Below, in pieces: positions 40,736 to 51,080 of a stretch of DNA of 64,000 bases. The position numbers and the translations under genes are program-made. The number at the start of each line of letters is the position of its first letter. Positions within the stretch are counted from its first letter, which is position 1. The notes below the pieces were generated by a model, which was not told the DNA's origin, ran no database searches, and worked only from the letters and a program-made list of their open reading frames with translations. The stretch spans positions 194,829-258,828 of the forward strand of contig JAIPIA010000002.1 of the NCBI GenBank assembly GCA_021734945.1, written 5' to 3'. The stretch is from Minisyncoccota bacterium. GTDB taxonomy: Bacteria > Patescibacteriota > Minisyncoccia > Phycocordibacterales > CAIZLB01.

Positions 40736-41665
40736 CTAAGCAAGCTTCAACGCAGGAATAATCTGCTTCTTTCGAGATACGATTCCAGGAAGCACTTCTG
40801 TATCACCATCAACTTGAACGCCAAAAGATGCACTGATAACACCTTTCAAGAAATCATTGTATGTGAACACTGTAGCCTCTTCTCGTAGAATATCTACCAC
40901 AAAGAAAAGTACATCGTCGATATCACCATCTTGAGCAATAACTTCACCAATAGCTTTTACAATCCCCTCTTTTCGGACAAGTACTGATGCTGGATCTGTA
41001 GTTTCAACAACAGAAACTCGGATGTTTTTATCACCTACTTCGAACTTCTTACTATCGAGGTGAATAAGCCCTATGTCTGTAAAATCTGAAACATCTGACT
41101 TTGCTTTGAACATTTCATTTGCATACTCTGTGATATTTAGACCAAGTCGAGCCGCCAACTTTTCCGCAATTGCTTTATCATGTGGAGTTGTTGTAGGAGA
41201 ACGAAACTCAAGTGTGTCAGAGAGAATACATGAAAGCATTACTCCAGCGATATCTTCTGGCATAGTTTCAGCGTGAGTACCCATGAGGTCGTGCATAACT
41301 GTAGCAGTTGATGCCACTGGTCGAATAGTCATCTCAATAGGACCTTTTGTCATGAGACCTCCTATAAGCTTGTGATGATCTATGATCTGGAGAATATCTG
41401 CTTCATTCACCCCAGAGAGGAGTTCTTGGGGATTGTTTGTATCTACAATCACCACTTTGTCTTCTGCATCTACTTTTTCGAGAAGTGTAGGTTCAGTCTG
41501 TCTCCATCGTCCGAGAACAAACTTTGTCTCCTTGTTAAGTTCACCAAGTACATATGCCTCTGCTTTGTGAGTAGTGTGAGTGTTGAGGTACCAAGCCCAA
41601 ATAATAGCGCAGCTAGTAGCGTCTGTGTCAGGTGAAATGTGCCCAAAAACTTTGATTGTTGTCAT
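40736..41665 (-). CDS. ppaC: Manganese-dependent inorganic pyrophosphatase (DHH family)
   Basis: FGHISPDTD, IIDHH, LSDTLEFRSPTTT, SRKKQIIP. Confidence 0.93.
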   Translation of the reverse strand: MTTIKVFGHISPDTDATSCAIIWAWYLNTHTTHKAEAYVLGELNKETKFVLGRWRQTEPTLLEKVDAEDKVVIVDTNNPQELLSGVNEADILQIIDHHKLIGGLMTKGPIEMTIRPVASTATVMHDLMGTHAETMPEDIAGVMLSCILSDTLEFRSPTTTPHDKAIAEKLAARLGLNITEYANEMFKAKSDVSDFTDIGLIHLDSKKFEVGDKNIRVSVVETTDPASVLVRKEGIVKAIGEVIAQDGDIDDVLFFVVDILREEATVFTYNDFLKGVISASFGVQVDGDTEVLPGIVSRKKQIIPALKLA

Positions 41666-42127
41666 AATGCGTACATCATACAAAAATTTGGTCGTTTGAC
41701 AAAGGGGTTTTGTATTCAAACCCTTAGGTACCACTCCCATAATTAACCTGATTAAAGCATCTTTGATTGACCTAAATTCTCCAGATTCAACACTCCTTAT
41801 TTTCCTAAGAAATCTTTTAGTACTTATCAGACGTATTTGTGAAAGTAGAATGGAGTATGTATCACCTTTAAAATAAATCGTATAATAGAAAATTCCTTCT
41901 TTAACTTTAGTAGTAATTGGCAGGACTAAACAAACTCTCTTATTAAACTTTTTTAAGACTAAAACTGGTCTCTCATATAATGAATTGACACCATTCTGTT
42001 CATCTCCAACATTTAGACCCAAAGAGCACCACCATATTTCTCTTTCTAAGATGGCATGTTTTAATTCACCTTCAATTACTTTATCAATTTCTATTTTTAG
42101 TCTATTCCAATCATTATAATCCTTCAT
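41666..42127 (-). CDS. PemK/MazF-like toxin reading in frame into ppaC
   Basis: REIWWCSLGLNVGDEQNG..RPVLVLKK..LPITT..LSQIRLISTKR; no stop before the ppaC ATG. Confidence 0.82.
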
Positions 42128-42246
42128 AGATACATATTTATATATTTAACCTACTGAATTTTTCATCAATATTTTATAAAAATACTTATACACCTATAAT
42201 TAGCGAAATATTTGACAAGAAATTATTTTTAAAATAATATGTATCT

Positions 42247-42343
42247 ACAAATGGGTTGTGTGTGAAGAATCACAACCGCCGGAGATAGTGTTCGTAAGGA
42301 CACTAATCGTATATTAAAGAGACCAGCAAAAACTGGTTTTTTT
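42247..42343 (+). ncRNA. Putative small RNA divergent from the pemK-like gene
   Basis: TTGACA(42212)-17-TAATAT promoter; hairpins GGTTGTG/CACAACC and TAGTGTTC-gtaa-GGACACTA; ACCAG/CTGGT terminator with T run. Confidence 0.5.
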
Positions 42344-42390
42344 AATTGGGCAGACTAGTTGATAATATCAGCCACTATAAACATAATTCC

Positions 42391-43311
42391 CTATCTCTTC
42401 AAAATTCCCTGTGGACGTACAAGTAAAAATACGATCAATAATGTGAAGGCAATGGCATCTTTCCATTCACCTGATATCTTCCAAATACCAAAGTTCTCAA
42501 CAAAGCCGAGCAAGAATGCACCAAGTACTCCACCGTATACGTTTCCGATTCCACCAATAATAGAAGCAATAACACCCTTGAGCAGTAGTGCCATTCCCAT
42601 AGTTGGCTCAAGGCCTGTGTCATATCCGACGAACACACCAGCAAGCCCTGCAATAGCCGATCCAATTACGCAAACTATAGCAATTGTTTTTTCTGTATTG
42701 ATACCTACAATTTTAGCGACTTGTTCGTTATCACTAATAGCTTCAACAGATTTTCCAAAAAGCGAACGCTTTAAGTACACACCGAGCGCAATCATAATAA
42801 CGAATACTGAAATGATTATAGCAAGCTGGACCTGAGTAATAATTCCTCCAAAAACATTAAACGTAACAATATCCCCTGCTCCAGAACTGAGTGTTTGAAA
42901 TTGACTTGTAAAAAGGATTGCAAGAAAAGCCTGAAGACAAGTGAATGCACCAAGTGAAGCAACTAAAAAAACCATTTGTGAAGCTTTTCGTTCTCGAAGT
43001 TTTTTAAATAGGAAACGATTGAGTAACCAACCAACAGAAGCTGCAACAACAACGCCTATAATAGTAGTAACTATGATTCCTAAAGTACCAGAGTTAAAGA
43101 AATCTCCAAGAGGTTGTATCGAAGCACCCAAACCAGGAAGTTTCTTTGTAAGAAAATATACTGTGTAACCACCAATAGCGGCAACAACACCATGAGTTAA
43201 GTTAAAAAACTTTGTTGTTCCATATATAAGATTGAAACCAAGAGCAACAAGAGCATAGATAGCTCCCGCAATAAGACTATTCGCAATGAGTTGTGGGATT
43301 ATACTGTCCAT
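42391..43311 (-). CDS. livH: Branched-chain amino acid ABC permease (LivH-like)
   Basis: GAIYALVALGFNLIYG, IIGGIGNVYG, RPQGI. Confidence 0.92.
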   Translation of the reverse strand: MDSIIPQLIANSLIAGAIYALVALGFNLIYGTTKFFNLTHGVVAAIGGYTVYFLTKKLPGLGASIQPLGDFFNSGTLGIIVTTIIGVVVAASVGWLLNRFLFKKLRERKASQMVFLVASLGAFTCLQAFLAILFTSQFQTLSSGAGDIVTFNVFGGIITQVQLAIIISVFVIMIALGVYLKRSLFGKSVEAISDNEQVAKIVGINTEKTIAIVCVIGSAIAGLAGVFVGYDTGLEPTMGMALLLKGVIASIIGGIGNVYGGVLGAFLLGFVENFGIWKISGEWKDAIAFTLLIVFLLVRPQGILKR

Positions 43312-43313
43312 TT

Positions 43314-43553
43314 TTATTCCAATTCTTTTATAAATATAAATCTCGGACCTTTGTAATTGAGTTCAGGTTTATCTACACTCTCGATAAACATTTCTAATGG
43401 TCTTATATAAAGTTTAAAGTCCCCATACAGCGCCCGATATGCAACCATTTTTTCTTCAGTCTCTGTATGCATTCCAACGCCAATTACCTCATAAATCATC
43501 GACTTATCTTTGAAATGTTGATAAATTCCCCGCTTTAGAGTTTCATTATTCAT
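43314..43553 (-). CDS. DUF1653 family protein
   Basis: GIYQHFK..HTETEEKMVAYRALY..YIRPLEMF. Confidence 0.88.
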   Translation of the reverse strand: MNNETLKRGIYQHFKDKSMIYEVIGVGMHTETEEKMVAYRALYGDFKLYIRPLEMFIESVDKPELNYKGPRFIFIKELE

Positions 43554-43571
43554 AGAGGTATTTTACCACAA

Positions 43572-43607
43572 AACAAAACCGCCTATGCATTTCAGCTAGG
43601 TGGTTTT
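43572..43607. repeat. Terminator-like hairpin, direct repeat copy A
   Basis: AACAAAACC...TCAGCTAGGTGGTTTT; second copy at 44391-44427. Confidence 0.7.
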
Positions 43608-43616
43608 TTAATACAC

Positions 43617-44348
43617 CTACTTTTTAAGTAAGACAGCGAAAGGATGAACTATCTCCAACAAATGATCTCCATTTCGTTCAATGATTTCTTGTACAGCTGC
43701 AAACTCAGCATCTATACGAGCTTGATCAAGAGGTAACTCCTCCACTTCCGCAAAACCTACTTCAATAGCCATTCTTTTAACGTACTCCGCAGTAACAAAC
43801 TGATCTTCTGTAAAACCATTATTATACACAACAGTTCCATCAGGCTTTTGCATTTTATCGTAACCGAAGCTACTTATAAGAAATTGACCTGTTGGTTTTA
43901 AAACCCTATGTGCTTCCGCAAGTATTTGCTCAGCGCTTTTTTCAATAGGTGCATTTATAAGATTAATAGACAAAGCAAAAGCCACTGACTCATTTTTAAA
44001 AGGTGTATCTGTTACATCAGCAGTAACCGGCCTTACGACGGTTTCATTCTCTCTTCTTTGGTGATAAGGGTGAAGCATCCAACTTTCCAAACGTTCAACA
44101 GTGTCGTCAATAGGAATTAGAATTAATCCCCTATCTTCAAGCTGATGTGTATAAGAATGATCTTCAAGTACGTGAATATAGCCTGCACCAAGATCAAGCA
44201 CTGTATCACCCGCTTTCAAATCTGCGGCATCAAATATTTGTCCATATGTTTCTGGAGCGACAAAATCAGGGTGGTTAAGTATCTTTCCTTCAAGACCTTT
44301 AAGTATTTCTTTTTGATAGGGTTCAAATCCGTTAAGAGCTTCACTCAT
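43617..44348 (-). CDS. Class I SAM-dependent methyltransferase
   Basis: VLDLGAG, ADVTDTPF, EAHRVLKPTG. Confidence 0.85.
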   Translation of the reverse strand: MSEALNGFEPYQKEILKGLEGKILNHPDFVAPETYGQIFDAADLKAGDTVLDLGAGYIHVLEDHSYTHQLEDRGLILIPIDDTVERLESWMLHPYHQRRENETVVRPVTADVTDTPFKNESVAFALSINLINAPIEKSAEQILAEAHRVLKPTGQFLISSFGYDKMQKPDGTVVYNNGFTEDQFVTAEYVKRMAIEVGFAEVEELPLDQARIDAEFAAVQEIIERNGDHLLEIVHPFAVLLKK

Positions 44349-44390
44349 ATGCTGTGATTATATCAGTTCGATTCCCTTTAGTCCTTAAAC

Positions 44391-44427
44391 AACAAAACCA
44401 CCCAGACATTCTCAGCTAGGTGGTTTT
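44391..44427. repeat. Terminator-like hairpin, direct repeat copy B
   Basis: Identical 16-nt core TCAGCTAGGTGGTTTT shared with 43572-43607. Confidence 0.7.
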
Positions 44428-44466
44428 GCATATTTTTCTCTGCGGTTTCTAGATAATTTTCTGACC

Positions 44467-45591
44467 CTAATCCTCAATCCTCACCGGTTTACCATTCTGT
44501 ATAATCTTTGTAACAGCCTTAGTCAAAACGAATCCATCTTTATCAATTTTCAAATGCCCTAGTGCTCCTTGGATATCTACATTATATAGAGCATCTTTGA
44601 TATTTGAACTTGAAACTTCTTTTCCAGGATTAGCTTTACTTGCTCGTTCAGCTGAATCAATAATCATCTTTGTGATGTCATATGCATTTGCTGTAGCAAT
44701 CACTTGTTCTTTTCCATACATATTTTTATATGCAGTTCTAAATTCATCAGATGAATCAGCAGCATTTACATACCAGTATCCTTCGAACAAATCTGGTCGA
44801 TCTGTAAGTTCAAAACCTTCAAGTGAAGTTAGTGGCTTTCCAATATTTGCATCTTTAAGTTGTTTTGAAAGAGTTTCAAGCTCTGGTGAAAATGCAATAG
44901 GTACATATATATCTGGATTTGTAGCTTTTGCTTTTGCAACAATTGTACGGAAATCAGTTGTTCCAAAGTTGAACACGTCTTTACTCACAATTTGAATATC
45001 TGTTCCCTGCACTTGTTTCTCAAGTTCATCAATCACAGCAGTAATACCTTGAATATTCGCACCAAACACAGCAACTTTCTTTATATGTCGCTTTTGCAAT
45101 TCCTCAATAAAGAGTCGCACTTCTTCAAATGGAGGTGTCCAATGTATGAAGTTGTAATCCCCTTTTGCAATATTTGGGTCTGAGGCAATACCCATGTGAA
45201 CGATTTGATTCTTTTCAGCAATAGGGTTTGCAATATTTCCAGCGGCTGACGCAAATGTCATGAGAGCGCTAACCTTATCTACTGAAATTAATTTGTTTAA
45301 TGCAGAGGCTGTTCTTTTCGGATCAAAACCATCGTCTTCCATTACAACCTTGTACGAGTTCTTTGAAGTCGGGTTTGCCTTTTCAAATTCATGAATAGCA
45401 AGTTCAGCACCATTTCTTATTCCTTCACCAGCAAAGGCCAAGCTACCTGAAAGCGGCCCAGAAATACCAATCTTAATCACCTGACCTGTAGAAGCAGTCT
45501 GACTAGTGCTATTTGATTTTGAATATGATGAGATACCCCAAACAGCTAGCAATACAGCGACTATTACAATAATAATTTTTGTTTTGTTCAT
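44467..45591 (-). CDS. LivK/LivJ-like substrate-binding protein 4
   Basis: IKIGISGPLSG, EDDGFDP, NAYD. Confidence 0.88.
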   Translation of the reverse strand: MNKTKIIIVIVAVLLAVWGISSYSKSNSTSQTASTGQVIKIGISGPLSGSLAFAGEGIRNGAELAIHEFEKANPTSKNSYKVVMEDDGFDPKRTASALNKLISVDKVSALMTFASAAGNIANPIAEKNQIVHMGIASDPNIAKGDYNFIHWTPPFEEVRLFIEELQKRHIKKVAVFGANIQGITAVIDELEKQVQGTDIQIVSKDVFNFGTTDFRTIVAKAKATNPDIYVPIAFSPELETLSKQLKDANIGKPLTSLEGFELTDRPDLFEGYWYVNAADSSDEFRTAYKNMYGKEQVIATANAYDITKMIIDSAERASKANPGKEVSSSNIKDALYNVDIQGALGHLKIDKDGFVLTKAVTKIIQNGKPVRIED

Positions 45592-45789
45592 ATAATATAT
45601 ACGGATTACGCTCCGTGTCAGCGCTTACATTTAATAACTCCACTACTATGCAACACATCTAGTGTTCTGTGTAATATTGGAACAATATTTAACTGTATAG
45701 TACCTATTTTATAAGGATATTCTGTATATTATAAAAATATTGTCCGTTTAGAGTGACATTTTAAAGCAGATATTGTATGCTACTTATAT

Positions 45790-46644
45790 ATGAAACAAAG
45801 CCACCTAAACGAGCAACTAAAACACATAGGTTTAACTGATAAAGAAGCCTTGATCTATGGTTCCCTCTTAGAGTTGGGTGGTAGTGGCTTTCCATCATCT
45901 ATTGCTGAAAAGGCGGGTATCAAACGAAGTACTGCTTACAAGATTCTGCTTGGTCTCAGTATAAAAGGTCTTGTAAATGAGATTCAGAAAAGAAATAAGA
46001 TATTCTACCAAGTAGAAAAACCGGAGCGTCTTATACGGCACGCAAAAAGTCAGATACAAATAGCTGAAGATAATCTTGAAAAAGCAGAACGCCTATTCCC
46101 TGAACTTCAAGGTCTCTACGCTCTCACAGCTGGAAAACCTAAGGTGAGATTCTTCGAAGGGACTGAGGAAGTTAACTCCATCTACTTAGAAATGGTAACT
46201 CCGGACCAAAAACCTTATGAAATGATTGCCTTCGCGAATGCCAAAGCTTTCAAAAACAATATGACATTTGAGCAAGTGAGATATTTTGTGAAAGAAAAGG
46301 AAAAGCTTGATATCCCCGTTCGTGCAATTGTGCCAGATACAGCTGAGGACCGACAATTTAATCCAACAGTTTTCGACGGAATACATAAGAAATATTGGCC
46401 TAAACTACGATATATACCTGCAGACATGTTTCCTTTTGAAACTGAAATTACTTTATACAGTACTGACAAAGTAGCTATCGCTAAATTTGGAAACAAACAT
46501 CCAATAGCTGTTATCATCGAAGATGCTGTGATTTACGGAACTATCAAATTAATGTTTGAACTTGCATGGCTTGGAGCAGAGAGATTCGATAATAGTCACA
46601 GCGATAGTCCAACATCAATTGATCATATATACAAAAACCACTAG
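45790..46644 (+). CDS. TrmB-family transcriptional regulator
   Basis: IGLTDKEALIYGSLLELG..IKRSTAYKIL..PKVRFFEG. Confidence 0.9.
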   Translation: MKQSHLNEQLKHIGLTDKEALIYGSLLELGGSGFPSSIAEKAGIKRSTAYKILLGLSIKGLVNEIQKRNKIFYQVEKPERLIRHAKSQIQIAEDNLEKAERLFPELQGLYALTAGKPKVRFFEGTEEVNSIYLEMVTPDQKPYEMIAFANAKAFKNNMTFEQVRYFVKEKEKLDIPVRAIVPDTAEDRQFNPTVFDGIHKKYWPKLRYIPADMFPFETEITLYSTDKVAIAKFGNKHPIAVIIEDAVIYGTIKLMFELAWLGAERFDNSHSDSPTSIDHIYKNH

Positions 46645-46694
46645 CCTCAGTGGGACCAGCGGTTTTGCGTGAATCTATTTAAATCAAATCCTAA

Positions 46695-47852
46695 TTACCT
46701 CAAATCCACCAACGTATTATTCTCAACTTTTTTAAAGCTGAAACCTACACCTTTTACGTCACCAGTATTGTCGAATGAAAAATCTCCAATAACACCACTG
46801 TACGAATCGAGACCATTTAGATATTTTTTATTTGCCTCTACGCCAGTACCAGTCTTTTCAATAGTCTGCTTGAGTAAGTATGCATAGTCGTACATCTCCC
46901 CTGCCACGAATGGGTAATTTATTGTTCCACCAAATTGAGCCTTATAATTAGTCACAAAACGCGCAGACTGTGGTCGATTAGAATTTAGAGAAGGTACATC
47001 AAGAATAACGGCACCGTTTACAGCAGAATTTGCTTTTACAAACTCATCTCCAGTCATAAAGAATTCTACAAACTGTGCCTTGATCCCCATATCACGCGCT
47101 TGTTTTGCAATAAGCGCACCCGCAGACCCAACTTGTGGGTTTATAAATAGAACCTCTGGATTTGTTAATTTAATCTTAGTTAGAATTGTCTTAAAATCTT
47201 TCATATCACCATTGAATGTTTCTAAGGCAATAACCTCTCCTCCAAGATCACGGACACTTTGAATAAAAGTTTTTTCAAGGGCTACAGCATAATCCGTTTT
47301 TTCTGTAATAGTCGCAACCTTCTTATATTTTGGAACAAGATATTCTGCGAGAGCTCTTCCTGAAAGTGCATCACTTGGAAATGTTCTAAAGAAATATTTA
47401 CCTTTACCTGTTATATCAGGACTTGTACCCTGACCAAGAAATATCACCGGCTTCTGTTCTGTAAGTGGCAAGATAGCAAGTACCTCACTACTACACATTG
47501 CTCCAACAATATATTGGACCCCATCTGTATTAATGAGTTTTTGTGCAGCATTCAATGCATCTTTACCACTACACTTTGAATCTTCATACACAGCCTCAAT
47601 CTGCCGACCATTTATTCCTCCAATTTTATTTATTTCATCAACGGCTATTGCGAAACCATTTTTACCAGCTTCACCATATGGGGCAGCACCACCTGTTAAA
47701 GGTTCAACTACTCCTATTTTTATTGGACCCTTAGACGTTGTGCTATCAGAGACAGAAGTTACAGATGGAGATTTTGACCAAAAAGATGTACAAACAAGCC
47801 CGAGTATCACTACTATACCTATAGTGTATATGCCTTTTTTCGTTGGATTCAT
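46695..47852 (-). CDS. LivK/LivJ-like substrate-binding protein 5
   Basis: IKIGVVEPLTG, GGINGRQI, EDSKCSG, GAMCSS, YFFRTFPSD. Confidence 0.9.
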   Translation of the reverse strand: MNPTKKGIYTIGIVVILGLVCTSFWSKSPSVTSVSDSTTSKGPIKIGVVEPLTGGAAPYGEAGKNGFAIAVDEINKIGGINGRQIEAVYEDSKCSGKDALNAAQKLINTDGVQYIVGAMCSSEVLAILPLTEQKPVIFLGQGTSPDITGKGKYFFRTFPSDALSGRALAEYLVPKYKKVATITEKTDYAVALEKTFIQSVRDLGGEVIALETFNGDMKDFKTILTKIKLTNPEVLFINPQVGSAGALIAKQARDMGIKAQFVEFFMTGDEFVKANSAVNGAVILDVPSLNSNRPQSARFVTNYKAQFGGTINYPFVAGEMYDYAYLLKQTIEKTGTGVEANKKYLNGLDSYSGVIGDFSFDNTGDVKGVGFSFKKVENNTLVDLR

Positions 47853-48000
47853 AAAATTGTGTTTAATTTATTAATTTAGCAACAGTATCTTACACATCTA
47901 TATTTATGTAAAACTGTTGACACGCTTTGACAACTAACACAGGTTTGAGCTACCATATTGATATAGATAGGTTGGTAATGTGAATCGTAATAATAATTTT

Positions 48001-48747
48001 ATGGAACTTATAAACGACAAGGAGCGGCGGGTAATGGAAGCTCTTTTTAAACTTGGGAATTGTACGGTCAATCAAATATCTAAGGAAACCCTCATAAATC
48101 GTACCGCCCTCTATCACACACTGGGGCTTTTGATTAAAAAAGGGTTAGTGACACAAGTCGAGAAAGATAAGATCTCATACTATGAAGCAATATCCATTGA
48201 ACAATACGAGAAATGGGTGGAATCAAAAATCGAGACACTTAAACAAACCTCAAAGAAAGATGTGGCTATTTTTTCAACCGTTAAAAAAGACAAGAAGCTT
48301 TCACTCTACGCGGACGTAAAATACTTTGAAGGACCTGAAGGTATCAGAAACTTTTTTGCTGATAGCATTTATAATAATAAAGAAAAGCAGATTCTAACTA
48401 TTACTGACTATGAAAGTGGTTATGCAAAACTTGGTGACTGGTTTACTGAAGTATATTTACCTGAACGAGTACGAAAAGGTGTGCGAGTAAGGAGTGTATT
48501 GCCAGACTCCCCTATTGGGCGAAGTTATGTAAAATCTGCAAAGGAGCTTTTACGTGACATGTGCTTTGTAGATATTTTTAAAGATTTAGGGATAGAAATG
48601 GCAGTATATGATTCAAAAGTAACTATTACAGTATTCGATAAAAAGCATCCAATTGGCGTAATTATCAAAAACGATATTATTGCGAATGCATTTCGAGAGA
48701 TATTTACGTATATTTGGAAGACTGGGGAGAAAGTTAATATAAAGTAG
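48001..48747 (+). CDS. TrmB-family transcriptional regulator
   Basis: ISKETLINRTALYHTLGLL..VKYFEGPEGI. Confidence 0.86.
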   Translation: MELINDKERRVMEALFKLGNCTVNQISKETLINRTALYHTLGLLIKKGLVTQVEKDKISYYEAISIEQYEKWVESKIETLKQTSKKDVAIFSTVKKDKKLSLYADVKYFEGPEGIRNFFADSIYNNKEKQILTITDYESGYAKLGDWFTEVYLPERVRKGVRVRSVLPDSPIGRSYVKSAKELLRDMCFVDIFKDLGIEMAVYDSKVTITVFDKKHPIGVIIKNDIIANAFREIFTYIWKTGEKVNIK

Positions 48748-48845
48748 TTTCAATCGATTGAGGACGGTCATTAAAAAAAACCAATAAAAAAAACACCCAC
48801 ACATTTAAGCGAGGTGTTTTATATTAGTCCTATCTTGTTGTTAAA

Positions 48846-50000
48846 TTACTTTAAATCCTGAACCTTACCATCCTTGAAAACTCTTGCCTTATGACCTCCA
48901 ACAAGATCCCCATTAGCACCTATAGTTACAGAACCTGAAGCACCATTCCAATTTGCAATACGATGGCCGAAATCAGCAATCTTTGTACCGTCATATCCAA
49001 CCTTAGTAATTGCATCTTTTACGATATATATAGCATCGTATACTGTCTGTCCATAACTCTGGTACGGCATATCTTTTCCGTACTTAGTTTTATACACTTC
49101 AAGCAAGTGTGCAAAAGTCTTGTTTGATGAATCAGTGCTAAATTCAGCTCCCACCATACCATTTAATGCGTCCTTATATTTTGAGAGTACATCAGTAGCA
49201 CCAAGAGTAATATCATTTGTAAACAATGATACGTTCCACTTGAGAGCAATCATTTGAGCAGTTATAGCATCTGCTGAAGCAGGAATATTTGAATCAATAA
49301 ACAAAGCATCTGCTTTCTGTGACTGAAGTTTAGAGAGTTGTGTTCTAAAATCTTTAGTTGCAGGAGCATACTCCTCTTTGATAACCTGACCACCTAAACT
49401 TGTAAATTTATCTGCAAATGCTTTATAAATACCAGCAGTATAATCTGTCTGTTCTTGTATAAAGGCAACCTTTCTCTTTCCCATGTCATGCGCCATTTGA
49501 GCTAATACAGAACCCTGACTACTATCACTTGGAAAGTTTCTAAAGAAATATGAGCTTTTACCTGTAAGACTAGGATTGCTTGATGCAGCTGAGATCAAGG
49601 CAACTTTTGCAGTCTCTGCTACTGGAAGTGCAGCCAGTGTTTCAGCACTACAAAAACCTCCAATAATTACTTGCACCTTATCAACATTCACGAGCTTCTG
49701 AGCAGCATTAACAGCACCTTCTCCATTGCATTTTCCATCTTCAATAATTACTTCAACTCTTTTTCCACTTATTCCCCCTGAAGAGTTTATTTCATCTGCA
49801 GCAATTTGAAGTGTATTTCGAACAAGCTCACCATATGTAGCAGCATCACCAGTAAGTGGTGCAATAGCTCCCACTTTGTAAGTAGATAGTGTATCCACAG
49901 TCTTTTGTACTTCATCAACTTTACTACTTTTACCGGACAGAGAAGACAGTCCCCAGACAACCAACACAATAATCACAATCCAACCAATAGCTTTATTCAT
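48846..50000 (-). CDS. LivK/LivJ-like substrate-binding protein 6
   Basis: KVGAIAPLTG, EDGKCNG, GGFCSA, YFFRNFPSD. Confidence 0.9.
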   Translation of the reverse strand: MNKAIGWIVIIVLVVWGLSSLSGKSSKVDEVQKTVDTLSTYKVGAIAPLTGDAATYGELVRNTLQIAADEINSSGGISGKRVEVIIEDGKCNGEGAVNAAQKLVNVDKVQVIIGGFCSAETLAALPVAETAKVALISAASSNPSLTGKSSYFFRNFPSDSSQGSVLAQMAHDMGKRKVAFIQEQTDYTAGIYKAFADKFTSLGGQVIKEEYAPATKDFRTQLSKLQSQKADALFIDSNIPASADAITAQMIALKWNVSLFTNDITLGATDVLSKYKDALNGMVGAEFSTDSSNKTFAHLLEVYKTKYGKDMPYQSYGQTVYDAIYIVKDAITKVGYDGTKIADFGHRIANWNGASGSVTIGANGDLVGGHKARVFKDGKVQDLK

Positions 50001-50174
50001 AATTGTTGTAAATATTTATAATATCTACAATCGTAGCATCAACTTTACTTATGTCAACTATATTCGTCAATACATATATAAAATTAGCCATATTTATAGG
50101 CGTATTATTGTACATTAATTAAAATTGTGGATGTTATTTGACACAAATATACATTGCAATATATACTTAAAATA

Positions 50175-50957
50175 ATGAAATCAAATAATTCTCAAATAAA
50201 AATAAATCTGCAATCTTTCGGCTTTAGTGAGAAGGAGGTGGATGTATATATTGCGTTATTAGAGTTAGGAAAAGGGACTGTTTCTGAAATTTCACGAAAA
50301 GCTGGAATAAACAGAACAACTGGATATGACATTCTTGGATCACTAGCTACAAAAGGTGTTGTGAATGTATCAGGAAAAGAACCTAAACAAGAATATGCAG
50401 CAGAGTCCCCAGCTTCAATAACACAGTATTTAAAAAGAATAGCTGCTGAGACTGCAGAGCATATTAAAAAATCTGAGGAAATTATCCCCGAACTAGAAGT
50501 TCTTCATGCACTCAAAAATAGACCTAAAATTAGATTTTATGAAGGTAAAGAAGGCTTGCAACATGTATACGAAGATACACTTACATCTTCTGAACCTATT
50601 CGTGCATACGCGACAATCGACGACATGTATAAAGCACTTCCCAACTACTTTCCTGAATACTATAAAAGAAGAGCTAAGAAAGGTATTACAATAAGAGGTA
50701 TTGTTCCAAAGACAGCTGCTGGAATAGATAGAAAAAAATATGACAAGGAAGAGAAGAGAGAAATTGCTTTTGTACCTGCAGATAAATATTATTTTTCACC
50801 TGAAATAAACATATATGACAACAAAGTAATGATTGCTTCTTGGCGAGAAAATCTAGGCATTATCATCGAAAGTGCTGAGATTGCTGATGTTATGAAGAAA
50901 ATGTATGAATTGGCTTGGACTGAGGCTAAGAGGTTGGATAAGGAAGGTGATAAATAA
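50175..50957 (+). CDS. TrmB-family transcriptional regulator
   Basis: FGFSEKEVDVYIALLELG..INRTTGYDIL..PKIRFYEGKEG. Confidence 0.9.
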   Translation: MKSNNSQIKINLQSFGFSEKEVDVYIALLELGKGTVSEISRKAGINRTTGYDILGSLATKGVVNVSGKEPKQEYAAESPASITQYLKRIAAETAEHIKKSEEIIPELEVLHALKNRPKIRFYEGKEGLQHVYEDTLTSSEPIRAYATIDDMYKALPNYFPEYYKRRAKKGITIRGIVPKTAAGIDRKKYDKEEKREIAFVPADKYYFSPEINIYDNKVMIASWRENLGIIIESAEIADVMKKMYELAWTEAKRLDKEGDK

Positions 50958-51080
50958 AAAAATTTAAAATTCATACAAAATAAAACCAGCGACCCCTCTG
51001 TAGGAATCGCCGGCGATTTGCGTCTATATGTACGCACTGAATATTTTAAACACCTCAAATACAAGCTACCACAGCATGTA

